Shown: piece by piece, positions 9,809-19,498 of the stretch
Layout of the letters: every line of letters starts with the position of its first letter
Position numbering within the stretch: the stretch's first letter is position 1
Origin: Promethearchaeota archaeon
GTDB taxonomy: Archaea > Asgardarchaeota > Lokiarchaeia > Sigyniarchaeales > SOKP01
Direction of reading: 5' to 3'
Length of the DNA: 64,000 nucleotides
Assembly (NCBI GenBank): GCA_019058295.1
Contig: JAHPZI010000014.1
Span: 1-64,000, forward strand
Position numbers and translations under genes: made by a program
Notes under the pieces: generated by a model
What the model was told of the DNA's origin: nothing
Databases searched by the model: none
Seen by the model: only the letters and a program-made list of their open reading frames with translations

Positions 9809-10036
9809 CTTAATATTTTATTGAGACGACAGCAAAAAGAGATTAATTTATTTATTATTATCCCTAGAAAGAGAATTACGGTCTAAAATCTCTTTTAGCA
9901 GTTCAAAAGAGCTAAATTTCATACAATTTTGTTGAAAGATTTAAAACTGATCTTATTTATTATATACTTACTTTTAACAAAAAAGTAGAAATTCAAAAAA
10001 TTCAATAAAAAAAACAATATTTGGAGGGAAAAAACA

Positions 10037-10432
10037 ATGGCGTTTGATGTTGAGAAAGAAATTAAAATATTTTGGATTGTGGGTGTAATAGTGTTGCTCG
10101 TTTACGGCGCATGGCTTTTCATCTCCCCTGAATCTTATTATGCAGTATTTGGTGCTCGCGGCGAGATTGCTACATTTGCTGCTAGATCAGTAGGAGGAAT
10201 TTATATAGCTTGGGGAATAATTGCAATAATATTATTCAAGAAACTTGATAACTGGGAGAAAATTGAGGAGTGGATTTTATTCGCAGTACTGGAACAAATT
10301 TTAATTTTTATCGCTGTAATTATTGATATTGTTATCAATAAGATATTAGGACTTCATGGCATAATGCTTATAATTATTAATATCTTTTTCGTTGTACTAG
10401 GTAGTCATATTTTAATACAAAAGCGCAAATAA
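10037..10432 (+). CDS. 131-aa 4TM membrane protein, tandem copy 2
   Basis: MAFDVEKEIKIF...IQKRK; GGAGGG SD. Confidence 0.85.
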   Translation: MAFDVEKEIKIFWIVGVIVLLVYGAWLFISPESYYAVFGARGEIATFAARSVGGIYIAWGIIAIILFKKLDNWEKIEEWILFAVLEQILIFIAVIIDIVINKILGLHGIMLIIINIFFVVLGSHILIQKRK

Positions 10433-10662
10433 AAGTATATAAGGAACTATTTTAAATTAAAATCCTTTTTTTTTTTATTTATTATTCTCTCTAAAAAGAA
10501 AATTACTGTTAAAACTCGCTTTTAACCGTTTAAGAAAAGCAAATTTCATACAATTTTGTTGAAAGATTTAAAACTGAACTGTTCTTATTTATTATTTACT
10601 TACTTTTAACAAAAAAGTGAAATTCGAAAACTTCAAAAAAAAAAATATTTGGAGGGAAAATA

Positions 10663-11058
10663 ATGGCATTTGATGTTGAAAAAGAACTTAAAATATTTTG
10701 GATTGCAGCTATAATAGTGTTGATCTTTTACGGCGCTTGGCTTTTTATTTCTTATGAGACTTATAATGCAATAATGGATGCTGGACAAAACTTTTCTCCG
10801 GTTCTTGGTAGAATAATAGGAGGAATGTTTATAGCTTGGTTAGTAATTCTGATAATGTTGTTTAAGAAATTAGATAACTGGGAGACGATTGAGGGATGGG
10901 TGTTATTTGCAGTAATGGTAAATATTTTAATTTTAATTGCTTTTATTCTTGGTATTGTTATGTATGGGATATTAACTATGGGTGTCATAATAGCAATGAT
11001 TGTGAATATCTTTTTCGCTGTAGTAGGTATTCATATTTGGATACAAAAGCGCGAATAA
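10663..11058 (+). CDS. 131-aa 4TM membrane protein, tandem copy 3
   Basis: MAFDVEKELKIF...IQKRE; GGAGGG SD. Confidence 0.85.
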   Translation: MAFDVEKELKIFWIAAIIVLIFYGAWLFISYETYNAIMDAGQNFSPVLGRIIGGMFIAWLVILIMLFKKLDNWETIEGWVLFAVMVNILILIAFILGIVMYGILTMGVIIAMIVNIFFAVVGIHIWIQKRE

Positions 11059-11221
11059 AAGTAAATAAGGAACTTTTTTAAATTAAAATCCTTTTCTTTT
11101 TTTTTAATTTTTTATTGGGATGTTAAATAGAATTATCACAAATTTTTCTCACTCATTTAATAGATTGATTTAAAATATAATATAAATAAAATAACTTAGA
11201 AACAAAATAGAAGTCTTAAAA

Positions 11222-12757
11222 ATGACAAAAGTAAGAGTATTTGATGGTGCCGAGACAATAGGTGGGAACAAGATTTACGTAGAAGAAAACGGAAAGGGTG
11301 TTTTTCTTGATTTTGGCATGAATTTTGCAAAGTATAAAGTGTATTATCAGGAATTTTTATTCGATCGAAGCGCCAGAGGGATTTACGATCATATTTCTCT
11401 TGAATTAATCCCTCGGGTCAATATTTATCGTAAAGATTTAATCCCTTCGGATCTCGATATATCCATATTTCCCTCGTTGAATGTAGAAGCGGTCTTACTT
11501 AGCCATGCGCATATGGATCATTTTGGAAATATGGGCTTACTTGACGAAAATATTCCAATAATCGCATCGCCCTCCACATTAATGTTACTAAAAGCGATTT
11601 TGGACTCTTCATCAGCTAAACTTGGTTCGGATGTTGCTTATTTTTCAGAAAGATTGGCAGACGGCAAGGACGAGAGAGTTTTAAACGCAGATCGAAGAAA
11701 AGAAAGTAAATATATAGGTCGAAATTTTATTTGTACAAAAGGTTTTTCAGAACCTTTTAAAGAATTTTTATTGACAAGTGTTAAAAAAAGAAAACAAATA
11801 GATGCAGGGCACATTTGCACGATTGATGATTGCTCAACTCCCTTTGAAATTAAAGCTTTTGAAGTAGATCATTCTATATATGGATCCACGGCTTATATTT
11901 TAGAGGGTGATTCGACAATTGCTTACACAGGTGATTTTCGCCTTCACGGCAAGAGAGCAGAAAAGAGTAGAAAGTTTATTAATGAAGCGAAAAATGCTTC
12001 CATTCTAATAATTGAGGGTACGAGGACATCGAGAAAAGATATAAACGAGTCCGAAAAAATAGTTTTTAGAAATTGTCTAGAGGCTGTTGAGGAATCTAAA
12101 GGGCTTGTAATTGCTGATTTCTCTGCCAGAAACTTTGAGCGGCTGGAGACTTTTAAAGAAATAGCTAGTAAGGTCGGGAGAACGTTAATCATATCGGCAA
12201 AAGATGCTTATTTGCTAAAAGCGCTTGAAAAGGCAGATGGAATTGATAGGACAAAAGACGTATTGATTTATAAAGAATTAAAAGCAGTTAGATATAATTG
12301 GGAGAAGGAATTCCTTAAAAAGGAAATTGGGGAGACAGCTTATATCGACCCGACAAGAATATCCAGCGAACCAGATAATTATCTACTCTGTTTTTCTCTT
12401 TATGATATGAAGCACTTATTAGACATTCGGCCAGAAGATGGGACTTACGTATATTCTTCAAGCGAAGCTTTTGAAGAGGAGTCAGAGTATGATTTCATTC
12501 GATTAAATAAATGGCTTGAGGCTTTTAAGTTCAAGATTTACGGATACGAAATCTTAGAGCAAGAGGGACGAGAAAAACCAAACTTTATTAAAGGTTACCA
12601 CGCTTCAGGGCACGTTTCTCAAAATGAAATTAGATGGGCGATCGAAACGATTGATCCGGACGTTATAATTCCAGTTCATACACAAAATCCTGAGTGGTTT
12701 GCTAATAATTTTTATAATACCGTTCTTTTAAAAGATGGTCAAACTCATACAATATGA
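11222..12757 (+). CDS. MBL-fold beta-CASP nuclease (RNase J-related)
   Basis: IGGNKI..LDFG, SHAHMDH, DHS, YTGDFRLHG, EGT, HASGH and PVHT motifs. Confidence 0.85.
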   Translation: MTKVRVFDGAETIGGNKIYVEENGKGVFLDFGMNFAKYKVYYQEFLFDRSARGIYDHISLELIPRVNIYRKDLIPSDLDISIFPSLNVEAVLLSHAHMDHFGNMGLLDENIPIIASPSTLMLLKAILDSSSAKLGSDVAYFSERLADGKDERVLNADRRKESKYIGRNFICTKGFSEPFKEFLLTSVKKRKQIDAGHICTIDDCSTPFEIKAFEVDHSIYGSTAYILEGDSTIAYTGDFRLHGKRAEKSRKFINEAKNASILIIEGTRTSRKDINESEKIVFRNCLEAVEESKGLVIADFSARNFERLETFKEIASKVGRTLIISAKDAYLLKALEKADGIDRTKDVLIYKELKAVRYNWEKEFLKKEIGETAYIDPTRISSEPDNYLLCFSLYDMKHLLDIRPEDGTYVYSSSEAFEEESEYDFIRLNKWLEAFKFKIYGYEILEQEGREKPNFIKGYHASGHVSQNEIRWAIETIDPDVIIPVHTQNPEWFANNFYNTVLLKDGQTHTI

Positions 12758-12925
12758 ATTTTTAACTGTAATTTAATAATTTTTTAAACTCTTTTAAGTT
12801 TAAATATTAAGATAAATATAATTTTTAAGAAAACAAATAAATCCTAATCAAAGATTATTTTTTTTCTTTATATTGATTGGATGTATCTCATAATAAGAAG
12901 AATTAACTAAATTAGGAATGAAAAG

Positions 12926-14671
12926 ATGATAATAAAAATAAACTCAATTGAGAGCACTATAGAAATTTTTTATGAAAAATATGTACATCTTCATGGATTC
13001 ATAAAGCTTGAAGCTGAAAGTGACGATAAAGAATATAGAATAATAATTCAAATCTTAAACGAGCAAACCATTATTGATTACGTGTTAACTCGTCAAAAAT
13101 TAAAAAATGTAAGGATGACAGATTATATAAAAGCTGAATTAGAGACTGAGCTTCAATATGTGATACAAGGGCGACCGATTATTTGTACTGAAATTGATAA
13201 AAAAACTAAGAAGGAAACGCATAAAACTCTAAATGTATTTTTCTTTATTGAAGATCTAATGGAAAAGGAAGTTTTAAAGCCCCATTCAATGAAGATATCA
13301 GAGATTCAAAAGGATAGAGCAATCTATTTGGAAAATATTTTTACTCCAGACGGGATATATATGGGAGATTTAGCATCAGAATCGAATGTAAAAGTTTTCT
13401 TTCCTTTGAAATATTTAATGTATCATTTCTTTATTGCGGGTGCAACAGGTCAGGGAAAATCCAACTTAAATCAAGTTTTTATTGATGGCTTACTTCAACA
13501 TAACGCAAACGTAATAATGAATGGAAAGGGGACAAAAGTTTCTATGCTCGCAATTGATATGCATGATGAATATGCATTAGGTTGTAATAATTATGGATTA
13601 TACCATATAATTAAAACATTGGATGTGAGCGCTGTTAAAAAATTAATTGGTAAATGGTTTTATCTCTATCCAAATAAAGGGCTCCCTCCTACAGAAGTAA
13701 AAAGTATGGCAGAACCATGCATAATTAATTATCAAGAGATAAAGCCCCAAGATCTCTTTGCTACGGGCTCATTCAACGAACTACAAGCTGGAGCTATACA
13801 TTCTGCTTATCATGATAATCCAAATGATTATATTGATAATCTATTAGATGACACTTATTTCCCACCAGGAAATCATGATCCTAAAACAATTTCAGCTATT
13901 AGAAGACGTCTTAACTGGTTGGAATATTCAGATATATTTCAATCAAATGCAAGTAGCAAACTACCATCGATTATTAAGAAGTTAGAAAAAGGAGGAATTA
14001 TCATATTTAATGTCTCGCTATTAAGAGATTTAGAGCAATTTTTATTTAATAGTGTATTAGCAAGGACTTTATTTGATATCCGTAAGACTTTAAAATCATC
14101 AACTGATTATTCTACTTTTGAGACAAAACTGGGTAAAGCGCTTCCTCAAAATTTCTTTGATAATTACAAGGCTAATTTGAAAAAGTTATATATTTCATCT
14201 GGAACAAATATAAAAGATCCCTATGATATGCCTATTATTATCTTTACAATAGAAGAAGCCCCTAGTATATTACGGCCAGAAATAATGAAATTTAGTAACG
14301 TATTCAAGGATATATCACGGCAAGGTAGAAAATTTAACTTAGGATTAGAAGTAATTTCACAGCAATATACTCCAATAGACGATACAATAATATCGAATAT
14401 GAATACTGTAGTGAATTTACCTTTAAGATCAGAAAAGGAAAAATCAGCAGCGTCAAAGATATTAGGGGGAGGGATTCAATATAGCGATATTGAATCTTTA
14501 ACAGGCACGAGGGGTATTGCTTTAATTTCTGGAATATGGTTAACCAACTTCCAAAAATTAAGAATTCCGTTATATGATGATTACTTTAAAGAAGTTTCAG
14601 AAAAATATTATATTGAATTTTCAAAAAAAATGAAATCACAAACATCAACTCCCCCAACAGGTCTCCCTTAA
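12926..14671 (+). CDS. herA: HerA-family helicase/ATPase
   Basis: Walker A GATGQGKS, DMHDEY, Walker B IEEA, arginine finger RQGRKF, SQ motif; upstream of nurA-mre11-rad50. Confidence 0.85.
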   Translation: MIIKINSIESTIEIFYEKYVHLHGFIKLEAESDDKEYRIIIQILNEQTIIDYVLTRQKLKNVRMTDYIKAELETELQYVIQGRPIICTEIDKKTKKETHKTLNVFFFIEDLMEKEVLKPHSMKISEIQKDRAIYLENIFTPDGIYMGDLASESNVKVFFPLKYLMYHFFIAGATGQGKSNLNQVFIDGLLQHNANVIMNGKGTKVSMLAIDMHDEYALGCNNYGLYHIIKTLDVSAVKKLIGKWFYLYPNKGLPPTEVKSMAEPCIINYQEIKPQDLFATGSFNELQAGAIHSAYHDNPNDYIDNLLDDTYFPPGNHDPKTISAIRRRLNWLEYSDIFQSNASSKLPSIIKKLEKGGIIIFNVSLLRDLEQFLFNSVLARTLFDIRKTLKSSTDYSTFETKLGKALPQNFFDNYKANLKKLYISSGTNIKDPYDMPIIIFTIEEAPSILRPEIMKFSNVFKDISRQGRKFNLGLEVISQQYTPIDDTIISNMNTVVNLPLRSEKEKSAASKILGGGIQYSDIESLTGTRGIALISGIWLTNFQKLRIPLYDDYFKEVSEKYYIEFSKKMKSQTSTPPTGLP

Positions 14672-14708
14672 TCAACTTTTTATTAATAATATACGAGGTG
14701 TATAAAAA

Positions 14709-15908
14709 ATCTCTTTTGACTTTGAATTAATCTCACTAGACAATTCTATTGAAAACAGACCAGAACGATCAATAGATCAAGAAATTAAACAATTCAAGGA
14801 ATATATAAAAGAGAGAAGGATTAAATGGACGGAAGAGGAAAAAATCGAATTAGAAACGGATAAATTTGATAGTGATGAAACTCTCAAAAACACTAATGCT
14901 CATTTTAGTGAAATGATTTATGAGATTATTGAAAATGAATTGCCCGATTATATAAATAAAGAATATAAGATTATTGGATTTGATGAAAGTTCAAATACTT
15001 TAAGTGGAACTTATGCCAGATTAGCCTCCTTCAAATTTGGTGAAGGTCAAGTTATACTTAAAGATGGAAAATATAAGATAGAAAAAATAATGTATCGACC
15101 TATCAGTAGTTATATAGAAGATAATGAACACAAGCTTATCGTTTATAAGACAGTAATAGAGAATTTTGTGAAAACCGTTAAAAGAGACTTTTATACTGGT
15201 AGTCTAAAAGGGAAAATTGATGACTTGGAAGATTGGTATGAAAATACCTATAAAAAAAAAATAGATGATCATATTAAAGGGCATGATTTTTATTATCCCT
15301 CATTAGGACATGTAGTTGATAGAATTAGAACTGCAGATGAAATTTTAAAATCGTTGATTAGAATTAAAGAAGAGAGCAATTGGGGTAAAAATAAAAATGT
15401 TATTTTTCTTGGAGATGGGATTCAGATGTTTCGACAACATATTTTTCCACCCTCATCTTTCATAGAATTTTTTTATAGATTCATTGTTGATTATGATATT
15501 AAATATTATAGTTTCTCCAAGACTTGCAGATTAAGAGATGCTCAAGGTAATTTTATTTTACCAATTTGGTCAGAAATTTTAAAAACTAAAAGATTTTTAG
15601 TGGAATTACCAGATCTATCAGTTTATACTAAAAGTAAAGCCTATATAACAAGATTACAGGAAGAAAGTTCAGCATTAAGATTTGATATTCCAGATTACTT
15701 GGATACAAAAGATGCAAGTTATATTTTAAAAAATTTAATTCCATACTCCCCAAGAGGATATCCATTATGTCTAATTGGTGCTCATGAGGCAAGTACATTA
15801 TTGGTTTCAGAATATAATAAATTAGAGAGTAAATTTATGGAATTAAAATTTGATCCAAAAATTAAAAGATATACTGAATCTTGGAGGCATAAAGTGCTTG
15901 GTGAATAA
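14709..15908 (+). CDS. nurA: NurA-family nuclease (probable ATC start at 14709; first ATG at 14913)
   Basis: IIGFDES, LGDG, FSK and GYPLCLIGAHEAS motifs; frame open from 14706; GAGGTG 8 nt before the ATC. Confidence 0.75.
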   Translation: MSFDFELISLDNSIENRPERSIDQEIKQFKEYIKERRIKWTEEEKIELETDKFDSDETLKNTNAHFSEMIYEIIENELPDYINKEYKIIGFDESSNTLSGTYARLASFKFGEGQVILKDGKYKIEKIMYRPISSYIEDNEHKLIVYKTVIENFVKTVKRDFYTGSLKGKIDDLEDWYENTYKKKIDDHIKGHDFYYPSLGHVVDRIRTADEILKSLIRIKEESNWGKNKNVIFLGDGIQMFRQHIFPPSSFIEFFYRFIVDYDIKYYSFSKTCRLRDAQGNFILPIWSEILKTKRFLVELPDLSVYTKSKAYITRLQEESSALRFDIPDYLDTKDASYILKNLIPYSPRGYPLCLIGAHEASTLLVSEYNKLESKFMELKFDPKIKRYTESWRHKVLGE

Positions 15909-15953
15909 TAGATAATTATGAATTTTATAGTTTTATGAAAAGGAGTATAAATT

Positions 15954-17261
15954 ATGGTTAAAATTATTCATATGGCAGATACCCATTTAGGATATAGAGA
16001 AGGAAGAGGTACTATAAATAAATGGGCTATACCGAATTATTCAAAACCTTACGAACAAGAAATTTATGATGCATTTTTAAAAGTTATAGATGATGTCTCT
16101 AAACTAAAGGATGTAGATTTCTTGGTCCACTGTGGAGATATGTTTCATTTACCTAGTGTTAATAGATCATATCCCCCTCCAGAACCCGCAAGACGAGTTT
16201 TAAAAACTGCATTAGATACTTTCTTTAAAAATTCAAATAATAAAGTACCTTTTATCTATGTTGAAGGAAATCATGGTGTGTTTAAAGTATATGAATATAC
16301 CCCGTTTGAATCACATATTAGCAAAGAAAAATATCCTAATCTCTATTATTACAAAGATCGAGATTTAATAGAAGCAATAAAAACGAATAACCCTTTAAAA
16401 CTTGAATTTAATGAAAAAAAAGTTTGTTTTTATTTATTTCCTTATTTTGAATTTAAAAGCCATGCTGAGTATAAGAATGCTTACAATAATTGGATAATTA
16501 ATCAAAAACCTGATGATAATGATTATATTAATATTGCAATTGCTCATGGGTCTAAATTAGATGAAACGCTACACAAAAAAGTAAGCTCAGATGATTTTGG
16601 ATATGACTATATTGCTCTAGGACATGAACACGGGTTAAAATCAGAATCAAGAACTCATTATTACGCTGGATGTTTATTGCCCATGAATTTTAAAGAAATA
16701 ACTGAAACTCAGGGATATTTAATTATAAATATTGAAGAGAAAACGAGAAAATTAAAGGTTGAAAAAGTTTTTACTGATAAAATGTTAACAAGACCGTTTG
16801 AAATAATTTCTATTAATATTTCTCCTCAAGAAAGCTCAGAAGAATTAAGAAATAATGTGAATAAAGAATTAATTAACTATATTTCTAAGGATGGATTTGA
16901 CCCTAAAACATCAGCAAGATTAAAAATGAATTTTACTGGAGAATTGACATTCGAAAAACTCTGGCAAATAAATGATTTAATGGTAAAACTTAGAAGGGAA
17001 TGCTTTTCTCAAACAGATAAATATAATATATTGCAATTAATCTGGCAAGTTTCTGATATTTCCGAAACAATTGAGGATGACATTAGTCCTGGAATTATTG
17101 AGGATTATATTTTGGAAAAACCAGAAGAAGAATTTAATAATTTTGTTAAAGAGAAATTGACAGAGGAAAGCACACAGTTCAACGTTGAAAAGCTAACTCA
17201 ATTTGGATTGAGTGCGATAAAAAGCGCTTTAAGAATAATGGATAAAGAAGAGGAGGTTTAA
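15954..17261 (+). CDS. mre11: Mre11/SbcD nuclease
   Basis: ADTHLG, CGDMFH, GNH, AHG and YIALGHEH phosphoesterase motifs. Confidence 0.9.
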   Translation: MVKIIHMADTHLGYREGRGTINKWAIPNYSKPYEQEIYDAFLKVIDDVSKLKDVDFLVHCGDMFHLPSVNRSYPPPEPARRVLKTALDTFFKNSNNKVPFIYVEGNHGVFKVYEYTPFESHISKEKYPNLYYYKDRDLIEAIKTNNPLKLEFNEKKVCFYLFPYFEFKSHAEYKNAYNNWIINQKPDDNDYINIAIAHGSKLDETLHKKVSSDDFGYDYIALGHEHGLKSESRTHYYAGCLLPMNFKEITETQGYLIINIEEKTRKLKVEKVFTDKMLTRPFEIISINISPQESSEELRNNVNKELINYISKDGFDPKTSARLKMNFTGELTFEKLWQINDLMVKLRRECFSQTDKYNILQLIWQVSDISETIEDDISPGIIEDYILEKPEEEFNNFVKEKLTEESTQFNVEKLTQFGLSAIKSALRIMDKEEEV

Positions 17262-17269
17262 TTAAAGCT

Positions 17270-19348
17270 GTGCAAATAACCAAACTTATTTTTAAAAATT
17301 TTATGGGTTATAAACAATTAAATCTGCCTGATGGAGAAGATGACTTTCCTGAGGGTTTAATTCTAGTGAGTGGGAAAAATTCTTATGGGAAATCTACTAT
17401 ATTAGAAGGTATTTTATTTGCTTTTTTTGGGTCAAAAATTTTTATTGGTAGAAAGGCTGATTCTTTTATAACCTATGGTCAAAATAAAGCAGAATTGAGT
17501 GTATATTTCTCGCTTGATAATATTAAATATTATATATATCGTAAATGGGGCAGATCTGGAAGTGCCAGTGCGAAACTCTTTGAATTAGATAAAAAAGGAA
17601 TGTACCGGGAAATTAAAAAATTTAATATCGAGAAATTTTTTGAAATTTCAAAAGACCAAGCTATGAGTACTGTATTTGTAAGACAAGGAGAAGTAGAAGA
17701 ATTGGCCAATATCAAGGGTGCTAAACTAAGAGAAATGATTATCGATTTATTTCGTCTTAATATAATTGACGATTCATTAAAATATCTAGATACAGAATCA
17801 AAGTCAAAAACTCATGAAAAGGAAAAATTTGAAAAATCTCGTGTTCCAATTGAAAGAATAGAAGAAGATATAAAGCGTATTGAACAGGAAAACAATGATA
17901 ACAAGAAAATTATCTCAGAAAAAGAAAAAATAATGCTCGAATACGAATCGAGACTTAAAACCTATCCTTCAAACGAATTAATTTCCAATTTAGAGAACTT
18001 GTATAAAAATAAAGAAATAACTGAAGAAAAATATAAATCTTATAAAAATGATTTTGAAACGAAAATTAAGAATACTGATTTAAATTTAGAAGATTTCACA
18101 TCTTTAGAAAAAATTAAGAATAAATTTGATATCTTAGATAACTCAAAAAGAGAAATTGAAGCTAATAAAGAGAATTTAGATAAAAAAAAGCAAGCAACTG
18201 TTAAAGGTATGGGAAAAACTAAAGGTAGAGTTGAAGATATTTCAAAAATAATTTGTAAAATGGAAAAAAGTTTACAATTTACTGAAAATGAAACCGCCCT
18301 CTGTCCTACATGTCAAAACGAACTTACAAAAGAGCACTATGATACTGTTATTCAGAATTTTAATGAAGAACTTGCCCTAAATCAGAAAAAAATTAAGGAA
18401 ATATCTCAATTAATAAATGATAACAATAAAGATATTGAGAAATGTCAACAAGAGTTAGATAAAATAAACGAACAAATTACAATTATTCAAAATCTTAAGA
18501 AAGACTTTGAGAATTATCAAAAATATGATATAGAATTAACGAATATTCAAAAAGAACTATCCGATTTTTTAAAAAAAAATAAAGAGAGGTTCAAGGATTC
18601 AAGTCCTAAGGGAATAAAGGATATTTCTCTCGAAATAGAAAGATTAACAACGGAATTGAAATTGATTAAGAAGGCAATAACAGAAAAAAGAGATAATATT
18701 AAAAATAATCAAACTAGAATTACGGAATTGGGCAATGAAATCAAAAGAATGAAAGATTTAGAGAAGAAAATTGGCGAGATTGAAATTGATCTTGAACATA
18801 TCATTAAAGCAAAAGAATTCGTACGACGATTTGTAACGGAATATATGGTTGTTAAGCGTCTTGTAAAAAACATTACGTTGAAAGCGGATAGATATATTAA
18901 GGATTTTACATCAGGTCAATATGGAGAACTTATGCTAGATTTAACAGGAACTAAAAAGACAGGACTTTCTCTTAAAATTAAGGACTATTTTAATGGTGAA
19001 TATGAACCTATCGAGGTCCTTTCAGGAGGCGATCATACTGCGTTAGGTATGGCTTTAAGATTAGCTATTTGTGAATTAATGAGCATAATTCGTCCAACTA
19101 AAGAGTCTCCAAAAAAAAATCCAAAAATCAATTTTCTTTTATTAGATGAACCTTTAGCAGCTTTAGATGAGGTTAGGAGAGAGCGAATATTAAAGCATCT
19201 TACAAAATCTAAAGCATTTTCTCAGATTTTCCTAATAACTCATACATCTATCCCGTCAGATATTCAAACGCATAAAATACTAGTAGAAAAAGATCATTCC
19301 ACAGGAATTAGCCATGCGAGATTTGAAAAGTTAAGCGTAATTTTATAA
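17270..19348 (+). CDS. rad50: Rad50/SbcC ATPase
   Basis: GKNSYGKS, Q-loop VRQG, central CPTC zinc hook (aa 345), signature LSGGD, LLDEP, ITH. Confidence 0.9.
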   Translation: MQITKLIFKNFMGYKQLNLPDGEDDFPEGLILVSGKNSYGKSTILEGILFAFFGSKIFIGRKADSFITYGQNKAELSVYFSLDNIKYYIYRKWGRSGSASAKLFELDKKGMYREIKKFNIEKFFEISKDQAMSTVFVRQGEVEELANIKGAKLREMIIDLFRLNIIDDSLKYLDTESKSKTHEKEKFEKSRVPIERIEEDIKRIEQENNDNKKIISEKEKIMLEYESRLKTYPSNELISNLENLYKNKEITEEKYKSYKNDFETKIKNTDLNLEDFTSLEKIKNKFDILDNSKREIEANKENLDKKKQATVKGMGKTKGRVEDISKIICKMEKSLQFTENETALCPTCQNELTKEHYDTVIQNFNEELALNQKKIKEISQLINDNNKDIEKCQQELDKINEQITIIQNLKKDFENYQKYDIELTNIQKELSDFLKKNKERFKDSSPKGIKDISLEIERLTTELKLIKKAITEKRDNIKNNQTRITELGNEIKRMKDLEKKIGEIEIDLEHIIKAKEFVRRFVTEYMVVKRLVKNITLKADRYIKDFTSGQYGELMLDLTGTKKTGLSLKIKDYFNGEYEPIEVLSGGDHTALGMALRLAICELMSIIRPTKESPKKNPKINFLLLDEPLAALDEVRRERILKHLTKSKAFSQIFLITHTSIPSDIQTHKILVEKDHSTGISHARFEKLSVIL

Positions 19349-19498
19349 CTTTTTGATATAGAAAATAAAAATAAAAATAGAGTAATGAAGTGCTAATTTC
19401 TCTTTCTTTTATAGTAATTTAACCTAGTTAAAATTATTAGTATAATAAGGTAAGAGTTAAAATATGAAATTAATTACTTTATCTACTAATATAAAATT

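Larger units (their letters stand above)
9195..11105 (+). repeat. Tandem triplication (~630-670 bp unit: upstream region + gene + terminator)
   Basis: aaatttcataca(a/t)ttttgttgaaagatttaaaactga at ~9250, ~9914 and ~10541; aaggaact..tttaaattaaaatcctttt after each gene. Confidence 0.9.

Noticed and set aside
9195-11105. CRISPR array or DGR template/variable repeats
   Set aside because: The units are ~650-bp whole-gene duplications, the differences are not adenine-specific, and no cas or reverse transcriptase gene is in the window.
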